Source of the DNA: Candidatus Rifleibacteriota bacterium | GTDB lineage: Bacteria; Muiribacteriota; Ozemobacteria; Ozemobacterales; Ozemobacteraceae | Reading direction: 5' to 3' | DNA length: 29,772 bases | NCBI GenBank assembly: GCA_051747585.1 | Contig: JBNJGH010000039.1 | Span: 1-29,772, forward strand | Part shown: positions 25,279 through 29,772 of the stretch, piece by piece | Layout of the letters: the number at the start of each line of letters is the position of its first letter | How positions within the stretch are numbered: position 1 is the first letter of the stretch | Position numbers and translations under genes: made by a program | Notes under the pieces: model-generated | Databases searched by the model: none | What the model was told of the DNA's origin: nothing | What the model saw: only the letters and a program-made list of their open reading frames with translations

Positions 25279-26217
25279 ATGAGAAAACTTTTAGCTTTGA
25301 TGGTTTGTTTTTTGCTGCTGGTAACTTGTGTTGCCGGCGCAAAAACCATGGAGCTTGAAGTATTTCGTGATTGGCGTGGTAGCAACTGTCATTTTAAATC
25401 AAGCCGCCCGTTTTTTATTATTCGAGACATGTATGACTTCGAAAATTTCTGGAAAAAGTCTGGTCTCGAGGAAACTATGCCCTATTTTAATTTCGACAAA
25501 TACATGTTGCTGGTATGGAACCCTGGCCCTTCGCTTTTTGACCATCATCCGGTAAAAGTCGACAGGTTTATTTATAAAGACGGAAGTTTTATAGTTTTGA
25601 TGACCTTTGAGCGCCATGATACCGGCGGCTACTGGCGTCGACCCTTCGTTGCGACTGTTCTGCCGAGAGTAGACAAGGGCGATATTTTTATTATGAAAAA
25701 AGTGGAAGCAGGTTATAACCGAGTTGAGTGGAAGCATGTTTATTCTTTATGGGATGTAAGGCATGGAAGAAACAGGCCATACGAGGTTGTTCAGTTCGAA
25801 AAGCCATTGGAAAAGCAAAAGTTCATTCATACCAAAGTGCCTGACTCGTTGCAGATTTTCGAAAAAGACGAGCCTGAAGTAGAGGCCGAAGAACCCGCTC
25901 AGGTGGCCCAAACAACCACGCAAACACCAACAACACCAACAACTCGAACACCCCGAACAACACAAACAAGCTCTCGACCACAAAAGCCTGGAACAAGCTC
26001 AGAAGCCGGTGCTGATAGCGGTTTCGGTTCCTTTGCGTCCTCTGAGGATTCTGCAGCAAAAGCGCAAGCTGATGATTTTTTCCCAGAATTTGGTTCGGGT
26101 GACTCAACTCAGCAAACAGAACCAAAAGCTGAAAAGCCGGCTTCGGAAAAAAGCACACAACCTCCGGGATTTGATGAAGACCCGCTTTTCGGCGAGGAGT
26201 TTGATATTAATTTTTAG
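25279..26217 (+). CDS. Secreted hypothetical protein with PrcB-like domain, Thr/Pro-rich linker and acidic tail
   Basis: Signal peptide; IIRDMYDFENFW...PYFNFDKYMLLVWNPG resembles the PrcB C-terminal family; low-complexity TTTQTPTTPTTRTPRTT; starts 2 nt after the upstream stop. Confidence 0.55.
   Translation: MRKLLALMVCFLLLVTCVAGAKTMELEVFRDWRGSNCHFKSSRPFFIIRDMYDFENFWKKSGLEETMPYFNFDKYMLLVWNPGPSLFDHHPVKVDRFIYKDGSFIVLMTFERHDTGGYWRRPFVATVLPRVDKGDIFIMKKVEAGYNRVEWKHVYSLWDVRHGRNRPYEVVQFEKPLEKQKFIHTKVPDSLQIFEKDEPEVEAEEPAQVAQTTTQTPTTPTTRTPRTTQTSSRPQKPGTSSEAGADSGFGSFASSEDSAAKAQADDFFPEFGSGDSTQQTEPKAEKPASEKSTQPPGFDEDPLFGEEFDINF
25911..25968 (+). repeat. Imperfect ~9-bp A/C-rich tandem repeat (coding)
   Basis: aacaaccac gcaaacacc aacaacacc aacaactcg aacaccccg aacaacaca encodes the Thr/Pro linker. 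Confidence 0.6.
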
Positions 26218-26226
26218 GATTTCAAT

Positions 26227-26751
26227 ATGATACATGCGTATACAGGAGATGGAAAAGGCAAGACCACTGCAGCGGTAGGGCTTGCGATTCGTGCATTTGG
26301 CGCGGGAAAAAAAGTTTGCGTTATTTTTTTTGACAAGGGAAGCATTACCTACAAGCACAATGAATTGACGGTTTTCGATCGGCTCGAAATTGAATATCAT
26401 CTTACCGGGATGGAGCGAATGAAAACCGACGGAACCTTTCGTTTCGGCGTTATCGAAGAAGACAGGGCAGAAGCCGAGAAAGCTTTGAAACTTGCCCGTA
26501 AATGTCTTAAAAATAAAGAAGCCGACATGCTGGTTTTAGATGAAGCTTTGACCAGTTATACGGTAAGCTTGATCAAAAAAGAAGATCTGATGCAGATTAT
26601 TGCTGAGACTCCCGAAGAAATAGAGCTGGTTCTAACCGGACGCTGCACTGACCCCGAAATACTCGAACAGGCAGATCTGGTAACCAGCATGAACAAACAG
26701 AAGCATTACTTCGATAAGGGCATTCAAGCCCGCTCAGGCATAGAATATTAG
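26227..26751 (+). CDS. cobO: Cob(I)yrinic acid a,c-diamide adenosyltransferase (CobA/CobO/BtuR family)
   Basis: YTGDGKGKTTAAVGLAIRA, VLDE, ELVLTGR, ADLVTSM, KHYFDKGIQARSGIEY. Confidence 0.92.
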   Translation: MIHAYTGDGKGKTTAAVGLAIRAFGAGKKVCVIFFDKGSITYKHNELTVFDRLEIEYHLTGMERMKTDGTFRFGVIEEDRAEAEKALKLARKCLKNKEADMLVLDEALTSYTVSLIKKEDLMQIIAETPEEIELVLTGRCTDPEILEQADLVTSMNKQKHYFDKGIQARSGIEY

Positions 26752-26773
26752 ATTTTTTAACAGCTTAAAACAG

Positions 26774-27484
26774 TTAGATGCTTTCGTAAATGGCTGCAGT
26801 CAAGTTCTGGCGTAGTTTTATAATGGTATGCTGGGGATGATAACCGCTTACAACAGCACATGGATAAACACGGCATTCTGAGCCTAAAATTGTGCCCGGG
26901 TTGGTTACTGAATTGCAGCCCAGCAGGCAGTTGTCGCCAAGAATAGCACCAAATTTTCTTATGCCGGTATCTATTACATGCTCTTCAATTCTGGTTTTTA
27001 CATTGGTTCCATCATTTTTGAGGTTGGAAAGTTTGGTACCGGCGCCAAGATTTACGCCCGTTCCCAAAATTGAATCGCCGACATAATTAAAATGCGGAGC
27101 TTTGGCACCCGGTAGCATTACTGAGCGAACTATCTCGCTGCAATGACCAACTATAGAATTATCGCCAATTATTACGTTTCCCCTGACAAACGCCGAGTGA
27201 CGAATTTCTACATTTTCGCCGATTATGGTTGGCCCTTTTATTAACGCGCCGGGATGAACAACAGAACCTTTTCCGATATAAATGTCGTCTCCGTCTAAAA
27301 TTGCGCCTTCTTTTACTTCACCCAGTATTTGCGGGCTAACCTTACTACCAACGAAACCATTTTGTATTCTGGTCAAAATATCCCAGATATTTTCGAGCTT
27401 TTTAAAGCCTTCGAGTTCGTCTTCAAACAATTCGGGGCAGGGAAATTCTGAAACTTTACTGAAAAATTTTATAAAATCAAGCAT
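26774..27484 (-). CDS. Left-handed beta-helix acetyltransferase resembling the GlmU C-terminal domain
   Basis: Hexapeptide repeats; HFNYVGDSILG..VNLGAGT..NL and TGIRKFGAILGD; no nucleotidyltransferase domain. Confidence 0.8.
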   Translation of the reverse strand: MLDFIKFFSKVSEFPCPELFEDELEGFKKLENIWDILTRIQNGFVGSKVSPQILGEVKEGAILDGDDIYIGKGSVVHPGALIKGPTIIGENVEIRHSAFVRGNVIIGDNSIVGHCSEIVRSVMLPGAKAPHFNYVGDSILGTGVNLGAGTKLSNLKNDGTNVKTRIEEHVIDTGIRKFGAILGDNCLLGCNSVTNPGTILGSECRVYPCAVVSGYHPQHTIIKLRQNLTAAIYESI

Positions 27485-27536
27485 GTTGTTCTCCTGTTTG
27501 CAACTTATCTATAAAAGCACTTAATTAATGTCCGGG

Positions 27537-28406
27537 TCAAGTATCCTGTTTAAAAGCGGCGCAGGCCTGATTCAAGAGACATTTTCTGCACAGTTCGGGA
27601 TTCTTGCCATGGGTGCATTCGCCTGCTATGCCAAGATGGCAGAGGGAAAAATCATATTTTACCGGATCATTTTTGTCATATTTTTTTAAGCTTGCGGTAA
27701 TTTCTTCTGCAGTTTTCCAGTCGTCACTTTTGCGACTGGTTAGGCCAAGATTTCTTGAAATTTTGCTTATATGGCGATCGAGAGGAATCAAAAGATCAGC
27801 CGGGGAAACCTCTGGCCAGAGATTCATATCTACACCGTCATTTTTTCTTGCCATCCAACGAAGAAACATGTGCCAGCGTTTGGCACAACCACCAGATGCC
27901 GGATCTGGCAACAGGTGTTTAATTCCGCGGGGAACCGGATTGGTATATTTCCCGCAGGCCTCAAGAAGGCTTTGTCTGAGGCTGATCAAACCTTGTTGAA
28001 TGGAATGCTCAGGAAGATACCCTTTTAAAAAGATTGGCTTAAGACTTTTATGTTTTTTTATTAAATCGCCCGAAGCCAGGCAGAATGTTTTAATCTCATC
28101 TGCAGTGCTCAATCTATACCCAGGCCATTCTTGCATGCAAAATTTGCCGGTAATTAAATCAAGGTATTGCCATTCACAGCCTTGCATCAGCGCTCTGATT
28201 TTTTTAATAAACTGTTTGGCAGAGCCGTAAGCAAGCATTGCCGACAAAAGAGCCACAGCCTCTATTTCTGCTTCGGGTCGGTCGTTCTCAAAAAAATAGC
28301 GGGGAAACTGAATTGGATCAGCATCAATTCTTGTTGTTGGCGGAAATTTAAACAGAACCCGGTCTAAAAGGGTTTTTAGACCGGGATTTGCTTTATTTTT
28401 ATTCAT
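27537..28406 (-). CDS. TIGR02757 / DUF2400 family protein
   Basis: DPIQFP, AMLAYG, AKRWHMFLRWMAR..GVD..LW, IPLDRH, LGLTSRK..DWKTA.EIT, DPVKYDFSL. Confidence 0.88.
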   Translation of the reverse strand: MNKNKANPGLKTLLDRVLFKFPPTTRIDADPIQFPRYFFENDRPEAEIEAVALLSAMLAYGSAKQFIKKIRALMQGCEWQYLDLITGKFCMQEWPGYRLSTADEIKTFCLASGDLIKKHKSLKPIFLKGYLPEHSIQQGLISLRQSLLEACGKYTNPVPRGIKHLLPDPASGGCAKRWHMFLRWMARKNDGVDMNLWPEVSPADLLIPLDRHISKISRNLGLTSRKSDDWKTAEEITASLKKYDKNDPVKYDFSLCHLGIAGECTHGKNPELCRKCLLNQACAAFKQDT

Positions 28407-28418
28407 TATGAATATTTA

Positions 28419-29771
28419 TTAATATTGGAAAGAGCTGCCACCAATGAACTCACGCAGGATAGAAGTTGGCGGAACCTCTTTTGGGTCAAGCGGAGAGAAA
28501 AATGAGAGAGTTTTCAATATTTTTCTTGCCCTGGGGTATGATGGGCTTTCAGGTGGTATGTCGAGAAACAGAGATTCGGCAAGAGGCCTGAGCACAGCCC
28601 ACTCGTAAGGAACAGCTGAATTGAACACCATGTCTGCGCATTCCTGATATGGGAAAATATTTCGTTCTTCGCCACGGCGCACTGATTTCCACCTGTCGAT
28701 GGTTTCCTGAGCTGAATACCCGCGATATTTTCTGTCTCTTACTGTTCTTCTTATCAACCTGGTATCTGTGGTTGCAATTCTGTTGTAATCATCTATTACC
28801 AGCTGGGTAAGGGCGCTTATATAAATTTTGAATTTGCAGCTTGGCGGTATGGAACTTGTCAGCTCATCATTGAGACCGTGTATTCCTTCAATGATTATAA
28901 TCTGATCTTCATTGATTCTTAAAGGATCTGTTTCGGTTTTGCGATGACCTGTATGAAAGTCGAATTCGGGAATTTTAACCGTCTGACCTTCTAAAAGGCT
29001 CTTGAGGTGATCGTTGAACAATTCAAGATCAAGAGCATAAATGGATTCGAAATCATAATCGCCATTTTCATCTCTGGGCGTATGAGCACGGTCGAGAAAA
29101 TAATTATCGAGCGAGAGAGTGATAGGGCGAAGACCATTTACCTTCAGGTGCGTACATAGCCTCTTGCTGAAAGTGGTTTTTCCTGAGCTTGAGGGGCCGG
29201 CAATAAGTACTATGCGGCAGGTGCCTCTTTTGGTAATTGCGTCAGCCATTTCCTGGATTTTTTTTGAGTGAAGCGCTTCTGCGGTTTTAATGAAATCAGA
29301 AATACTTTTATCTTTAATTATTTCATTGAGGCGCCCAACATTATTTACTTCGAGAATTTTGCCCCAGTGTTTGCTTTCGCGGTAAGCCTGAAAAATCTTG
29401 GGCTGACGTCTTATTTCGGCGGCAACTTTAGGATCTTTGTTGTCGGGGAACAGCAATACAAAGCCCTGAGCATATTGTTTAAGATCAAAAACCTTTAAAT
29501 AACCGGTAGAAGGAACCATCGGCCCGAAATCCAGGTCGATGTATTTCCAGCAGGAAACAATGCCTACAGTGTCGGTATTAAGGTTTTTTAGGAGACGGGC
29601 TTTTTCCGGATATCCTTCCCGATTGAAAAGCGAGATTGCTTCTGATCTGGTCAATGTTTTCTTGCCAAATTTTTCGTCACTTTCAACGATTTCCATCATT
29701 TTTGATTTAATGTAGTCAAGAATATTGCCTGAAACCGGGACATCGGTGAAAAGGTCGTAATAAAAACCGTT
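28419..29771 (-). CDS. Uridine kinase / nucleoside kinase family protein with ThrRS-like N-terminal domain (5' end outside the window)
   Basis: The frame stays open to the window end (NGFYYDLFTD..., ThrRS-like GFYYD); IAGPSSSGKTT P-loop, SLDNYF, DFESIYALD, IEGIHGLN, SVRRGEERNIFP. Confidence 0.88.
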   Translation of the reverse strand, partial: NGFYYDLFTDVPVSGNILDYIKSKMMEIVESDEKFGKKTLTRSEAISLFNREGYPEKARLLKNLNTDTVGIVSCWKYIDLDFGPMVPSTGYLKVFDLKQYAQGFVLLFPDNKDPKVAAEIRRQPKIFQAYRESKHWGKILEVNNVGRLNEIIKDKSISDFIKTAEALHSKKIQEMADAITKRGTCRIVLIAGPSSSGKTTFSKRLCTHLKVNGLRPITLSLDNYFLDRAHTPRDENGDYDFESIYALDLELFNDHLKSLLEGQTVKIPEFDFHTGHRKTETDPLRINEDQIIIIEGIHGLNDELTSSIPPSCKFKIYISALTQLVIDDYNRIATTDTRLIRRTVRDRKYRGYSAQETIDRWKSVRRGEERNIFPYQECADMVFNSAVPYEWAVLRPLAESLFLDIPPESPSYPRARKILKTLSFFSPLDPKEVPPTSILREFIGGSSFQY

Positions 29772-29772
29772 G

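Noticed and set aside
25911..25968. A/C-rich tandem repeats as a CRISPR array or contingency locus
   Set aside because: The units are imperfect, in frame and lack spacers; they encode a Thr/Pro linker.
2549..29498. Many 60-145 aa ORFs antisense to or nested in assigned genes (e.g. 5319..5720, 6698..7063, 7660..8094, 11096..11458, 27604..27999)
   Set aside because: They are shadow ORFs of well-supported genes and have no motifs or RBS.

Overview
Bacterial chromosomal window, AT-rich and densely coding; no rRNA, tRNA, CRISPR array or transposase was recognised. The left third is housekeeping: thiN, a membrane protein with Arg-rich DRR repeats, and a minus-strand rpsB-tsf-pyrH-frr-[ferredoxin]-uppS-cdsA-rseP-cvpA-like run with no dxr. 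The centre (9.2-16.4 kb) is the most unusual part. It holds an excisionase-type HTH fused to a degenerate PIN domain, a PilT/PilU-family ATPase carrying about 540 aa of N-terminal HEAT repeats, a convergent soluble class III adenylate cyclase carrying about 800 aa of similar HEAT repeats, and a divergent FmdB-type zinc ribbon gene. The HEAT-PilT/HEAT-cyclase pair is the best candidate for an undescribed system, possibly coupling pilus motor activity to cAMP synthesis (inference). The right half has trmL, an orphan neuB-GNAT-methyltransferase cluster, a DUF362-membrane protein-STAS operon, oligopeptidase B, a secreted protein that looks like a PilP/GspC-HR domain fused to secretin N0-like domains, a PrcB-like secreted protein, a corrinoid adenosyltransferase, a stand-alone GlmU-like acetyltransferase domain, a TIGR02757 protein and a uridine-kinase-family gene cut by the window end. 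All family assignments come from motif recognition by eye, not from database searches.
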